Below are positions 13,801 through 28,800 of a DNA stretch of 64,000 bases, piece by piece. The position numbers were made by a program, and so were the translations under genes. Where the stretch lies: the NCBI GenBank assembly GCA_030390025.1, contig CM059432.1:40922001-40986000 (forward strand). The letters are read 5' to 3'. The notes under the pieces are model-generated. The model was not told the origin of the DNA and ran no database searches. It was given only the letters and a program-made list of their open reading frames with translations. This DNA is from Squalus acanthias. Taxonomy: Eukaryota. Within the stretch, counting starts at the first letter, position 1. Each line of letters starts with the position of its first letter.

Positions 13801-16800
13801 CGGGCGATGTGATGGAGGTGGAAATAGGCGGTCTTTGTTATGTTGTGAATATGTGGCCGGAAGCTCATTTCAGGGTCAAATATGACACCAAAGTTGCAAA
13901 CAGTGTGGTTCAGCCTCAGACAGATGTTGGGGAGAGGGATGGAGTCAGTGGCTAGGGAACGGAGTTTGTGGCGGGGACCGAAAACAATGGCTTCGGTCTT
14001 CCCAATATTTAATTGGAGAAAATTTTTGCTCATCCAGAACTGTATGTCGGACAAGCAGTCTGACAATTTAGAGACCGTGGAGGGGTCGAGAGAAGAGGTA
14101 GTGAGGTAGAGCTGGGTGTCGTCAGTGTACATGTGGAAACTGACCCTGTGTTTTCGGATGATGTCGCCAAGGGACAACATGTAGATGAAAAATAGGAGAG
14201 GGCCAAGGATAGATCCTTGGGGGACACCAGAGGTAACGATGCGGGAGTGGGCAGAGAAGCCGTTGCAGGTGATTCTCTGGCTACGATTAGATAGATAAGA
14301 ATGGAACCAGGCGAGTGCCGTCCCACCCCGCTGGACGACGGTGGAGAGGTGTTGGAGAAGGATGGCGTGGTCAACCATGTCAAAGTCTGCAGACAAGTCA
14401 AGAAGAACGAGGAGGGATAGTTTACCTTTGTCACAGTCACAAAGGATGTCATTTGTGACTTTGATAGCTGTTTCGGTACTGTGGCAAGGGCGGAAATCTG
14501 ATTGGAGGGATTCAAACATGGAATTGCGGGAAAGATGGGCACGGATTTGGGAGGCGACAACATGTTCAAGGACTTTGGAGAGGAAAGGGAGGTTGGAGAT
14601 TGGACGGTAGTTTGCAAGGACGGAGGATCAAGGGTTAGTTTTTTGAGGAGAGGGGTGATGACGGCAGATTTGAGGGAGAGGGGGACAGTACCTGAGGGGA
14701 GAGAACCGTTAACAATGTCAGCTAACATGGGAGCCAGAAAAGGACGTTTGGTGGTCAGCAGTTTGGTGGGAATAGGGTCGAGGGAGCAGGAAGTGGGTCT
14801 CATGGACAAGATGAGCACGGAAAGATCATGTGGGGAGATCGGAGAGAAACTGGAGAAAGATGTGAGTTCAGGACTAGGGCAGGGGGGAACTTTAGAGGAA
14901 GTTTGGCCCAGTGGGCTAGGGTTAGGAAGTGAAGTGGCAGAGGCAGCTGAATGGATGGTCTCAATCTTAGTGACAAAGAAGTCCATGAGCTCCTCACACT
15001 TGTTAGCGGTGGTGAGGGTGGAGGAGACAGGGGAGAGGGGTTTAAGAAGACGGTTAGCAGTAGAGAATAGAAGCTGGGGTTTATCTTTGCATTCCAGAAT
15101 GCTTCTGGAATAGTGAGCAATTTTGGCAGACGAGAGCAGGAACCGATAATGCTTTATGTGGTCCAGCCAGATCTGGTGGTGAATGGCTAAACCAGTTGTC
15201 CACCATACCCGTTCAAGTCTGCGTCCCTTAGACTTAAGAGAGCGAACATGAGAGCCGTACCAGGGGGAACGGCCAGGGTGAGAGAGGGTAATTGTTTTAG
15301 TTGGGACCAGGGCATCAAAGGTGGTGGTGCGGGAATGGTTGAGCAGATTGGTAGCTGCAGAAATGTCATGGTGAATGGAGGGCCAAAGGCTGGACAGTTG
15401 GGATTTCAATTGGAATTGCTTGCCATTTTACCTGTATATCATCAAAACTTGATGTTGTGATGTTTATTCAATTGTTCCAAAATGTTGTCTTTTTTTACTG
15501 TGTACTGTGAATAACAAAATATATTATTTTTAAAAAGAGAAAATAAATCATGGTAACAAAATAAGTTGAACTTCAAAGCAGTCATTAAAGCTTGTGATGT
15601 AGCTGAAGCCCCAATATTGTGTTCCAAACATGTTTATAACAGAAGGTGGCTGCAACTTTGCTCAGGCACTGATCTTGGGTGATGCTGAAGTTGAGCTGCT
15701 CATTTCAGTTTGATTTTCAACATTATTTCCTTAATTAATTGCCACAGGTCAATACGGATGGAATTGTCCTGAGAGGTTGGTACAACTGTCTCACCTTGGC
15801 AATTTATGGGACTGTAGATCGAGTGATAAGTCATGACCGAGATTCCCCTCCTCCACCTCCACCTCCCCCCCCTCCACCGCAACAACAGCAACAACAACAG
15901 CAGCAACAGCTTCAGCAGCAACAACATCAGCTGCAGCAACAGCAACCAACTCTTAAAAGGAATACAAAACATGGTAAGAGATGATATTGAAGCGCAGAAG
16001 GATATGGCATTGTGCTGCTTTAACATTGACACTAACAGTTCTGTCGATGGATTAGTGGATAGATGCACTGCGTTGTGTGGTGCTGAGGCATTTCGATGCA
16101 TAGCTCACAGTTTTGATTCTTGTTTCGTGGTGAGTTAACTGATCTAAGTTGTAGTGGCAGTAGGAAGGAAATGCTGTCGGTGGTTTCAGTGTCTCTGACC
16201 TAATAAAGGAATAAAATCAGCCAGGGTTTAAATTCCTGCTAATCTTCCAACAATCACTACTGAAGGTATGCATGTGCGGATGTGTAGCACAGGACCCAAC
16301 AAAATGCTTTAACCCCAACCTTGGAGCATCCCCCTCCCCCACTTTCACACCATTTTGACATTTCCATTTGTTACATCAGCTACCCTTGTGGTCTCTTTGG
16401 CCAGTTTTGTATTGTATTGTGGTTCTCACAGACTAGGAACTATCAAACTTCATTTCACATTGCACCTTTATGGAGAGTGAGGTTTCATTGCATCAATATG
16501 GTCCAGTTTCAAATGCCAGAACTGAAATAACTGTGTTGTAACCCACTGCACCAGCCCCCAGTAAAGAAGTAAATATTTATTTCTATACCCCAAAGTGGCA
16601 TATGTGAAAATCAGACCTTCCATTTTAAAGATATACCCTGTTGAAGGGCTTATTCATGTAATCCAAGAGTCATTCAGTTTAATGTTGCAGTATTAATGCA
16701 GATGTGTTCAAGTGACATCAGATGGAGATCTCACAGGGCTGTGTTGGCAGCCAATATAAAGTTTTTGGCAAGAAGATTTGTATCTATTTCAATTTTATGC

Positions 16801-19800
16801 TATTTTAGTTGATTTTTCTTAAATCTTTATATGAACCATAACACTTTAATAAATATAAGACTATCTTGGGTACTCATTTATCCCTTCCAATAGAGGGACG
16901 AGGAAGGCAAGATCTTTATCATTCTTCTAGGTCTGGGCGTAGACAATGCCTCTCATCGTTGTGGTCTGAATGCACCTGAATGATTCTGGCTGAAAAGAGC
17001 CAAACTAGGGTATATTATAAGACAAAAGGCATTGCAATGTGTTCATAAAGAAGTACATTGATTGAAGAAAGCTTGTTCCTGTGACTTGTTGGTTTAAAGG
17101 AATGGATGTGATATGTGGAGTTGAGTTTCACACAAAGGGAAATGATTACTACTTGTTTAATGAGTAATATCCTATTTGGCACTTTTTTAAATTATCTGCC
17201 TGAAGTTCAAATTTTCTTGACGTGTTGACTTGCATGTATGCCACCTGCAGCTCAAGCTGCCTCTCTGTCACCACCCATGGAAAAAGATTATTATAGGATT
17301 TACAACAAGATTTATTTAAAAGAAATATGGACTATATACAAGTTAATACGGTGTATACATTTTGTTCACTGCATCAGCTGTTTTCAGGTTTACAATGGTT
17401 TAGAATTAGTAAGCTTTTAATAGAAACTGGTTATTTGAGGCCATTGAATGTTTATCATTAGGATTCTGAATTTTATTAAGTGTTTAAAAATTTCAGTTTT
17501 GTTTAAAAATGTGTTTTTCTAAAAACATATTTGTACTTTTAGATTGGGATAAAGAGGATCAATACAATGAAAATCCTCCAAGACCACAGCCAAGGGGACC
17601 TCGAACGCCTCCAGGTCCTCCTCCACCCGATGATGATGAAGAGGAATCACTGCCTCAGACCGGTAAATTAAGATTTTTAGCACATACACTTTATACTTCA
17701 GTACTTGTCCTAACAGTTCAAATCCTATTCTAGGACATGTTGGGGTCATATGTTGGTAATTTCCTTGGTGACATTAGATTCCCAAGCATGAAGCTGTAAT
17801 GAACCTGATTTTGGAGTTCAAAGCTTTTCATAACAAATATGAATAAAGCGTTGAAACTTATCTGCCATTATGGATGTTGCATGTAGTATCATGGCTGATG
17901 GTGGATTTCAGTTTCTTATTGCATAATTCAGTACCTGTTGTGAAACTCGGTTGTACAAATCAAGGTGTTCTCGTTACTGATTGCTGGTTTGCACTGCTAG
18001 CCAGTGTTGGGGTGGGGGGTGATGGGAAAGTTATAACAAAATATCAGGTGGTATTCCTGCTCCTGACTGCTATGTAATATTAGTCACCCCCACCAGAAAT
18101 ATGTTTTATATGTGGCATGTGACCAGCAGAGGTCACATGCCACAAAATTCAAACAGGGCCAACTGGTGAGTAAGAAGTCTAAGCACAAATAGGATTGAGT
18201 TGCCTGGGCTTTGCGAGCTGGATTACTAGGGCTTGGGGCTGTAGATTGGACACTCCTGTTCTGTTCTGAGAGATGTTAAACATTGTTACAGCCTTAAGAA
18301 ACTTTCAAACTTCTAAAAGTGAACTTTCATTCCTTTGCTTTTGACAAAAAAACCTAACTGCTCCCCACCACCCTGCTCCAAATTTTCTGTGGAGTAGGTG
18401 TTGAATGTAAAGTAACTAGCTTGTGTTACATTCATCACTTTAGACTTGATCCTGTTTAAAATGCTAATGGTGCAAAAATCCTTCCATTTGTGCTGGGAGA
18501 GTTTCTTGTAACTGAACAAGTGAAATAGCAGTAGACTGAGACTGCAAAGATTGGGGGTCTTACTTCTCTGATCAGAAGTTGGTGAGGATCTTGGGATGTG
18601 CTGTGAATTGGTTCTCTGTTCAGATGCTCTGTCTTGGACATCTAGTTTGAGTGCCAGGTTTATTAAATGCACAGCCCACCGAAATGCATATGTTTAGCTA
18701 GCAAAAATTGTGTACCTTAAGTGGGCTTCAGTGGATAATGTTCATGTGTATCTGTAGCAATAGCTAAATAAATGGTTACAACAGAGTCTCTTTTGTACCA
18801 TAAAAAATAATTTGAAGTTAATTCTAGAAAAGTATGCAACAATCATTTTAGTATTGGTGATAAAGGCAGTTTTGCAATTAAGACCAAGGTTTAAGGTACC
18901 ATTCTAATGGCTAATTCCAATGGTTTATTATTTCAGTGGGTGTGGATAAAGTGGATGAAAGTGAACGCAGAGAGGATTATTTTGAACCCATTTCTCCAGA
19001 TCGTTCTTCCAATCATCAGGAGGCACAGTTTTCTGATGGTGAGGAAGAGGAAGAGCCTCCAGAGGAGGAAGAGGAAGATGAGGAAGATGCAGAAGTAGAA
19101 GAGGAAGATGAAGATGGGCGCACTGTGGAAAGCATTGAAGAAGAGGAAGATGATGTAGAGGAGGAGGCAGGGGAAGAAGTTGACGGTATGTGGAGTCTGG
19201 TTTGTAGAAATGACGAAACTGCACAAATCAAAGTTTGGTCAGTCTGGGAATTAGAAAAGTGACCAAATAAATCAGCAATACATATATTAAGTGTAATTGT
19301 TCTAAAATTCTATAGAAGCAAACTATATAAGTAAATTGTAGAATATGAGTTGTACAATGTAAGGCTTTTTAAAGTGCAAAAGAAAAATCTAGGTACAACA
19401 TTGAGAACTAAAGTTAACATCATACACAGGAACTTGTTACATCCAAGCGAATTTAAGAGAAGAGAAATGAGGGGAGTTGGCAGTTACGATCAATGAAATA
19501 TAAAAGTAGAGGAACAGGGAAATTGCAATACAGTTTGTGACAGACAGTTTCCTCTGAATGAATTCATAAACAACCCTTCTCAGTCCACACCTATCTATAG
19601 TAAATCACAATGGGTTATGATTATTATGGTTCCCGACTGTAGAAAATGTGCCGTGGGACAGTCCGAAAGATAAGGTTATCTTTGATTTGGCATTTTTTCC
19701 TAACAAATTACAGTACATTATATGAAAAAGATTGTTTTTCTTAAATAGTATACAATTTTTAGCTTCTAAGAATGATGTGTTCACCAACCATTATTTATCT

Positions 19801-22800
19801 GTGTTTCTCCAACTAGTGGAGTGCCAACTCTTAGCCTATCTGAATCTGACTGGAATAACTAATTGGTGGATTAATTTAATCCAGAGAAAATCCTGTGGTA
19901 AGGTGATATACTGTGAGTGTGCTACATTGCACCTGAAGCAGCTGGGGAGCGCTTAGCAGATTTCCTACTTTTTATCACTGGTGGCAAAGCTTACATTATA
20001 TTCAGTTGGGCGTTTTGTTATATCACTACAATTTCTTCCATTTTAAATCTTCAGTAGGGACGTCTTAGTGCAGGCCTCTGGATTACTAGTTCAGTAACAT
20101 CCACTGCACCACTGTGTCTGATTTATGTTATTGATGTTGAAGTCATGGTCATTGAAGTCCAACTGAGAATGGGTATAACTGTTTTTGTTTTTATTTTGTA
20201 GAAGATGATGGCTATGAACAAATATCCAGCGATGAAGATGGAATTGCAGATCTGGAACGTGAAAATTACAAATTGAGCTTTGACATTGAGTATACTGCTG
20301 AAGATCTGGCATCCGTGCCTACCATGGCGTATGACCCTTATGACAGAGAGATAGGACCTCTTTTATACTTTAATCCTCCCTATAGGACTAAATATGAGAA
20401 TGAAGTGGCTAGATTAAAGGAACTTGACCTAGAAAAAGCAGGTGCAGGGAATATAGATGCTGCAGTTAAGTTAAAGGAACTGCTTGAACTATACAAAGAT
20501 GACAGAGGTGCCAAATGGGTAATGGCTTTGGAAGAGGTACCAAGTTTACTGGTTAAGGGTTTGAGTTATGTTCAGCTATTTGAAAGTGATCAGGACCATC
20601 TAAAACAACTAGTGGACTGGACCATGGATGCTTTAAGCCTTCACACAGCTGCAACGCAACCTATAGCACTGAATGTCAGGCAGCTAAAAGCTGGGACAAA
20701 ACTTGTTTCATCTTTGGCTGAATGTGGGTCTGAAGGAGTTTCAGCCCTTTCAGAGGCAGGTATAATCGATAGACTCTTTGTTCTGTTGTTTGCAGAACAT
20801 ATGTCATCTTCATTAAAACTAAACACACTCAAAGCTTTGGACAGTGTTGTTAGTGTCACAGAAGGAATGGATAAATTCTTGAACACTAAGGCAGAGCAAC
20901 AAGAAAAAAGTGGGTATCAAAGGTTAGTGGAGCTTATATTGACTGACCAGACTGTGAGAGTTGTGACTGCTGGCAGTGCTATAGTACAAAAATGCCATTT
21001 CTATGAGATTTTATCAGATTTGGAAAGATCAGCTGCCCACCTTGCAGAGAGTACTCCTGTCCCTTCAAACATAAGTGAGAGAGACCAGGATGTTAATATT
21101 GGACGGGAGAAAGGAAGTAAAGATAACGAAGAAGGAGATCTTGAGACTCCTACGGATTTAGACCATTTGTTGGAAGCTTCTAATATTAGTGAAGTGGAGG
21201 TGGAAAAACTTGTAAGCATTCTCGATGAACTTCTGCATTTGTTGGAGGCTGCACCTTATTCAATGATACAGCCACCTGTTAAGTCATTTCCAACAGCAGC
21301 TCGCATCACAGGTCCTCCAGAAAGGGATGATCCTGCGCCTGCTCTCTTAAGGTAAGTTTTTTCTATATATGTTTTAAAAAAATGCTTTCTGGCTCTTTAC
21401 GAATGTATATTTCTTTTATTTATTCATTCACGGAATGTGGGCGTCGCTGGCAAGGCCAGCATTTATTGCTCATCCCTATTTGCCCTTGAGAAGGTGGCGG
21501 TGAGCCGCCGCCTTGAACTGCTGCAGTCTGTGTGGTGAAGGTACTCCCACAGCACTGTTAGGTAGGGAGTTCCAGGATTCTGACCCAGTGATGATGAATG
21601 AGCGGCGATATATTTCCAAGTCAGGATGGTGTGTGACTTGGAGGGGATCTTGGAAGTGGTGGTGTTCCCATGCACCTGCTGCCCTTGTCCTTCTAGGCAG
21701 TAGAGTTCGCAGGTTTGGGAGGTGCTGTCGAAGAAGGTGCTTTATAGTTCCGTTGTGTGAAGCACTTTGAGGCATCTTGAGGTGCAATGCAAATGCAAGT
21801 ATTTTTATATTTTTGCCAATTTAACACTTTTATAGGAAACAATTTATAAGGAGTAATGCCTAATTGTAGCAATGTCATCAATTCCATTCTTGCACTATTT
21901 TTAGATGTAGAGTATTAGAATAATTCTCATTGTCAGTACTTGATTATTTTATTCTTTGGGGGTTGGCCTTCTGTTCTAAAAGGTTTATTTATCGCAAATG
22001 AAATTTACACCAAGTTTCAGTATTGAAATCTATAAAGTATAGCCAGCAGTTTCTGCCCAACACTAAATACATAGGCTTTACTTGCTCTTGATCTAGATTA
22101 AGTGCTCTTAACTGGTTAAAGAATTTGGTGCATAGAAACAGCCATGATGGTGGCCAACAGGTTGACCTCCAAACTTGAGTAGTGGTGCTCTGGTTATTAA
22201 ACGGCTGGTAATACTTGGGTGCGAGATTGATTTTACTAGAGTTTTGATAATTTAAATAAGAGTATGAGAAAACAAATGTAGGGTGAGAAAAACCTATTCA
22301 GCCTATGGAAACTTTTCCCTGTAATATTGTAACTTGCATACCCTAGAATCCAACTGAATTTTGAATGCCCTAATATCTGCGATTCTATTATCATACCTGG
22401 ATAATTGTTTTCAACGTTTATCACCTTCTGAGTAAAAAAAATGTTTTCTAATGTATTAAAAAAATCCAGGGGGGAAATGAGAATTTTTTTCTGCTGTGAA
22501 TTGTTATGATCTTAAATGAACAACCTGAAAAGGTGGTGGTAGCTGATTCTATAGTAACTTTCAAAAGGGAATTGGATATATACTTGAAAAGGAAAAATTT
22601 GTAGGGCTATGGGGAAAGAGCAGGAGAGTGGGACAAATTGGACAGCTCTTTCAAAAGCCGGCACAGACCAGATAGACCAAATGGCCTCCTTCTGTGCCTT
22701 ATGATTCAATGATTGTATGTTTTAAATTTGATTTAAATATATGTCCTTTTAATTAAATAATACTCTGGGTTCATTTTATTTATAGCATTTAATACTTTAT

Positions 22801-25800
22801 ATACCTTGTTGCGGTCTGGTCTTAACCACCTTTTTTATGAATTATGGATCTTAAGTTTCTCTAATCTTTGCTCACAGCTTATTCCTTCTACACTGAATCA
22901 TTCTTGTTGCCCTTTCTGCATCCGCTCCAGTTTATGATCGTCTCATTAGAAGCCTGGTGACCCAAATTTGTGCTCGTTAATCCAACTGAAAGAAAATAAA
23001 GGATCTGACCAGTGCATTTTAAAGCCTCTGAATAAACTCTTTCTTTCCCTCCCTAGTGATTACTTCTAAAAAAAAATTAATCATTAATTTTACTATTTTC
23101 CTTTTATCTACAATTACTCTACCACTTTAATCTTTTAGATAACTTCTTCCCTAACCATTATTTTCTGGCAGTACAGGAATAGTTTTGTTATTGTACTTAA
23201 CAGCCCTTTGTGTGTCCATCATTGGTGCCGCCTTTTGAACCCCTCATATCTACAGTACTATGTTTTAGCTTTTTCCTGTATTGCTCACAAACTTCTTCCC
23301 TTCCCTTCACAATGTAGACTTTTTGTATAAGATTTTAATTTCCTATTTCCATTTTGAATTGCTTTGTTAATGCATTAGTACTTGGTACTTAGTTTTCTTG
23401 GCTATATTAAAGCTAATATAGTTTAAAAAAAAATCATTTTACCTTAATAATGCTGTCTTTCAGCAGTATGCCCCACTTAATTTATTTTAGTTCTCTCTGA
23501 TTATATGGAAGTTTGTTTCCCTGAACTCGTATACTTCTGTCTTAATCCTCAATATGTTGATTGTAGATAAATTTTATTATATTATGGTCACTTGCCCCTA
23601 AAGATTCACTGCTACTGCAATTATGGTTATCATTCTGATTACTTTCAAGAATCTAGATGTATGTTCACCCTAGTGGGATTCCTAATGCAATAGGTTAGGA
23701 AGTATTTTGTGTCATACTTATTATTTCTGATTCTGTTGCCTTATGTGCATAAGGACATACATAGCTTATATTGGGTTGGTTGAAGTAACTCCATTATGAC
23801 TCCATTGTCATCTGTATACACTTCTCATCTCCTTATATAAAATGCTGTTTCTCTTCACTGTCCTGAGGGCCTATAGCTGACCTGTTTAACCTGCCCTCTA
23901 CTTGTTTTATTTATCCAGACTGGTTCTTTTTTTTTGCCTTTCCCTGAGATATAATTTAAATTTGCTCAATTTCCAAATTAATGCATCAGGATATCTCTGC
24001 TCCTCTGCTACCATCTCTATTTTTCATGAACAACTATATATTGAATTCTGGCGTGAGCCTCGATTTCACAGGACCTGTGTCATAAATTTCTTCCACTACA
24101 AAAGCTTCTAATTCCAGTATTTACACCGAATGCTTCTAACGTTCAACTGAATGTTTTTTACTTTTATCCTAGATTTTTTTAGCTTCCTCTTTGTTTACTA
24201 TACCTAATTTTATTTTCTATTTCATCTTATTTTGTTCCTTTTGATCACCATCCAATTTCTGATCATTAGTTAGTTTGATTCCCTTCCTTCTTTATGTACA
24301 ATTTAAACAAGCCTTAATTCCATCATCTGTTATTGGCCAGTTTTCCTGTTCTTAACTTAGAGGTGCAGCCTATTTCTCCTGTACCAGCCAGGTTTACCCC
24401 AGAAAATGTTACGTTTAATTATAAAGCCAGCACCATTTAACCTGACTTAACTAGCCAGCCACTGATTTTAACCTAGTAATTCTACTGCTACCACATCGTG
24501 ACAAAGATGCGCAGTAATCTAGAAAAGACAACTTGGCCCCCTTATCATTCAGTTTCCAGGCAATATGCCTGAATTTAGTTTTGGGAACATAGAATCATAG
24601 AATAGTATAGCACAGAAGGAGGCCATTCGGCCCATTTCTTCATGTTTTTTAATCCCGTTCTTTTTAATCTCTCAGTACCAATTTATCCACTCTTATCATC
24701 TGTATCCACAACCTTAGCCACAGAAGAGTGACTGCTGGCATATTGCTTTATAATTAACATTCAAAAAAACTAGCCCCACACTTCATCCAGCGCAGTGCAC
24801 CATCGGATCACCAGGCAGAGTAAATATATTAAACAGCTACAAAGTTAATATGCCTTTTGTATCTGTTGATAAACGTGGTGTAAGTTAACTTCATGTATTG
24901 GATTAAAGCTTATGGTGTGGATAAAATGTTGGTAGAATGTAAAAATAATTCAATTTCAGTGTTTGAAAGTATGACACCAAAGCATTTTGACTGTACATTC
25001 AAATGTGATTGAGGGTCCTGCAGCCGAAATTTATCAAATTTACAAGTACATGCAATAAATGTAATTGATAAAGAAGATGGACTTATTGTTCAGGTCAATG
25101 TGCTCATCCTCTATATAGTTCATTTACAGTTGAGTATGAATAGCTGACTGGAAGGCCGATAACCATTTCAAAATTCTTAAATTTGGAATAATTTGTCTAT
25201 TTGATTTTTTTCTTGCAGGTATCTTAACAGCTGCCATTTTCTGGAATCACTCACCCTGCTATTGTCTATTCCTGCAACCAACGCTCATCCTGGTCTATTG
25301 CAATCTATTAAAGACTTGATTAAGTTCCTAATTCAGATACAAAATGGTCTTTTATTCCTCAGTGCAGAGTATGAAGCGACAAATCTGCTGATCAGAGCCT
25401 TGTCTCAGACTTCTGATCAAGACCAAGAGGAGGGTATCCATTCTGATGGTGGCAATGATGATACATTGGCTATATGGCTCTTGTATTCATTACAGGCATT
25501 GCAGTATGTTTCTGAACTTTTTGACTACTTAAATCGAGGTTTAGCAGTTGAGGAAACAGACCGTGCAGACGTATTAGGAACTCTTCATAGCCTCTACCTG
25601 ATTACTTTCAATCCGATTGGAAGAAATGCAGTGTCCCACGTGCTCCATCTGGACAAAAATCTTTCTAGTCTCATTACTCTTATGGAATACTATTCCAAAG
25701 AACTCTTGGGGTAATGTATCTTATTTTAATGAATCACTATTCCAGCCAATATAGTACAAATGAATGCAGTGAACTGCCCTGTGACTGGGGTGCTTTGCAT

Positions 25801-28800
25801 GTTTGTTGGAATTCTTCTTCTTTGTTGTTGACCAGATTACAATTTTTGAGTTGTACAAAAAATTGTGTTCATTATAATATGTGCACTGATTAGTTTCTGA
25901 AATCTTCGGTCATTTTGTTTTTGTTTGAAGTGTGTTTCTAGGTCCAGAGAAAACTGTGCAAACAAATCCAATTGTAAATGAGCACAAACATCACAGTGGT
26001 GATTTATTTACAGATTTATATCATTAGGCTGGAGTGCAAGAAAAAGGAGGAAGTTTACTAAGTATTTGAAGTGGAATAATTTTTTTTACATAATTGTGTT
26101 AAACAATAATATTGATTTTGTAGAAAATGGAAATTAACTAATGTATTTGCATGCAGCAGACAAAAATGCATGTTTTTTTAAAGGTGCAATTGAAACCTTT
26201 TTAAAACTATCTTTTGAAAGCATTGGTTTTTTTTAAATCAGTGTTTTAAAACTGACATGCCTATGAATGTATAAAATACTGTTAAAGTTTGATAGATGAA
26301 TCATATATCCTACCTGGTACCATTTTAATCGGGAAATGTGGTGCATGTTATTTTGCACAGCCCCACATGTAAAACAACAGGAGGACAAATCAGGGTGCCT
26401 GGGCAATAGATTTTTGTGTTCCATTTTACACTTAAAACTTGAAAGTACTGTAGCATTGCTTCTGCTCATTATATTCTCTGGTCTAAGATTACCGGATATG
26501 TTGTGTATTAGCTCTGCTTGGTAACTTTGTCTCTTTCCCTGGCACTGTGCCTACCTGCCTCAAGATTGCCATTATCTCCCTCCTCTAAGAAACAAACTCA
26601 ATCACTTCATTCACTCCCAACTGCTACCCTATCTCCAACCTTTCATTTTTTTTTCTGGTCCTGGAATACTCCCAGCACTCCTTGTTTGAGACACTTCCAT
26701 GCACCCATAGCAATGACTGCGCCAGTGACCATGACTTTCTGTCTCTACTTGTTCTTCTTGGACTGTTTGCAACCAATGTCTCTACTCTGCCACCACTTCG
26801 GAGTTATTGCTGTCTCATGGTTTTGTTCATAACCTGTCACAAGGCAGGCATTACATAGCATCTAATGGCTTCTCCTATGCCTGCACGGTATTTTCTAGTG
26901 TGTCCCAAAGTTTCAATCCTACAATTTAATTCTAGCAAAACTGAAGCCATCCTGTGTGTGCCTTTGGTCTTGACTTAATCAACCTCCTCGACTGTCATCT
27001 TAGACTGAGTCAGGAGGTATGGAACCTTGATGTGCTGCTCAATCTTAATCAACTTTCTGCACCATATCTGCTCCATTACCAAGATGACTTTTCCCTACTT
27101 CCACAGCTTTGCCTGTCTGGCCCTACCTCTCTTCCCTTTCCCCCCATATCACTAAAACCGTAGTCCATACCTTTATCTCCTCAAGGTTCAACATCTCTAG
27201 CACTTTCCTAGCTGGTCTCTCCATCTGAACTATTCACAAGTTGCAGTTCGTAGTAAGCAGTACAGCCCGCATCTTCACATCATACAAAGTCCTGCATGAT
27301 CATCTCCCCATCCCCCATCAATTCTAAGCTCTATTGGTTCCCATTGCCCTCGTAAGTTGATCCTAATATTTTCATCCTCATTTTCAAATCCCATTATGGT
27401 TTTGACCCACCCTACCGTACTGATCTCCAGCCTCATCTCCCCATTCTCTACTCCTCTAACACTAGACTGCTCATTGTCTCCCACTCCATCATTGGTAGCT
27501 ACTTTGTTCGCCACTATGTTCCAGTCCTTTCAAACTCCCAATTTGCCACCCCACTCCTCTACCTTCAAAAACTTTTGTTTCACCCTTGCTTTTGGCTGCT
27601 TACCCATTTTCCCTCCTGCTTGACAAACACACTTTTTTCTCATCTTTTAATGCAAAGTGCTCTCAGATTTCTTCCTGCACATGAAGAGCACTGTAGAGAT
27701 GCATGTTGTGTATGAAAGACAAGTAATTAAAAATTTTTGACAGTTAGCATTTGCAACACCTATATTTCTAATGCAAAGTCTCTATTGAAGGTAAATTTCT
27801 GATGATAAACCTGTTTTGTCATTAGTATAGTCCTTAAATCCATTTATTTCATGCAATGTTTTTGGGGCTAATAGGACTTTTTCCAAGACAGTTTAAAACA
27901 AACCCGCACCTTTGGCTTCTCCAGCCATTTTTCCATATTTGGACCCTGTCCCCATGGTTTTCTGCACTTGATACGGTAATTTCACTAGAACCAGTGAGGA
28001 GTAGCAGTATAATAACGGCAACACTATATCTCTGCATTAAAGCTAGGGTCAAATGTTAAGTTCATGAAATGAGCTTTGATTTTGCAATTTTTTTGGCGGC
28101 AAGGGCAATTGGTGAGTTGTGGACAGATCATTGGCTTTTAACATTTTTTTGAAAGATCTTTGTGTAGCTGTTATTAGGGTTAGCTGTTTAGATTGCAACT
28201 AGTTTCCCCCTTCCCACCTTGTTTTGAGTGGTAGGTTAGAATAATCAAAGATTAGCCAATTGGAGAATTCTGAAGTCTCTTGGATTTCCAAACCATTGAA
28301 AAGTATAATGTTCCTTGATGATATGGATGTACAATTTATTAGCATTAATCAGGGTGATTGCAAATTATACATGTTTCTTTTTGTATATATAAGATGATAC
28401 ATTTTGATTATTTTAAATTCCAGGGACACAAAATCCAGAAAATCTGTTGCATGCAATTATGCTTGCATGCTTATTTTGCTAACAGTACAATCTACTCATG
28501 ATGGGCAAATGCTGGAACAACATTCTGCTGGATTACTGAGACTCTGCAAGGCTGATGACACCAATCCCAAACTGCAAGGTAAAGTAATTTTAATTATTTT
28601 TTCTTAATGCGCTGGCTGTCTACCACAGAGTGGTCAGATGTGGGTTCATGCTCATGACTTAATGTACACGTATTGGCAGGTTTCGGCCATGCCATCAGGA
28701 AGGTGACAAATTGATGTCAGGTGAACGGAGAAAAATCAAATTACTCCAAAATGTTCATATGTATTCTATTGGTTAGCATTCATAGGGACCTTGGAGCAGG

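Noticed and set aside
14341..15113. Plus-strand ORFs of 89 and 203 aa
   Set aside because: Antisense shadows of the L2 ORF2.
18928..19231. Minus-strand low-complexity ORFs and the Glu/Asp tract as a novelty
   Set aside because: Antisense of exon 7; the acidic tract is a normal VIRMA feature.
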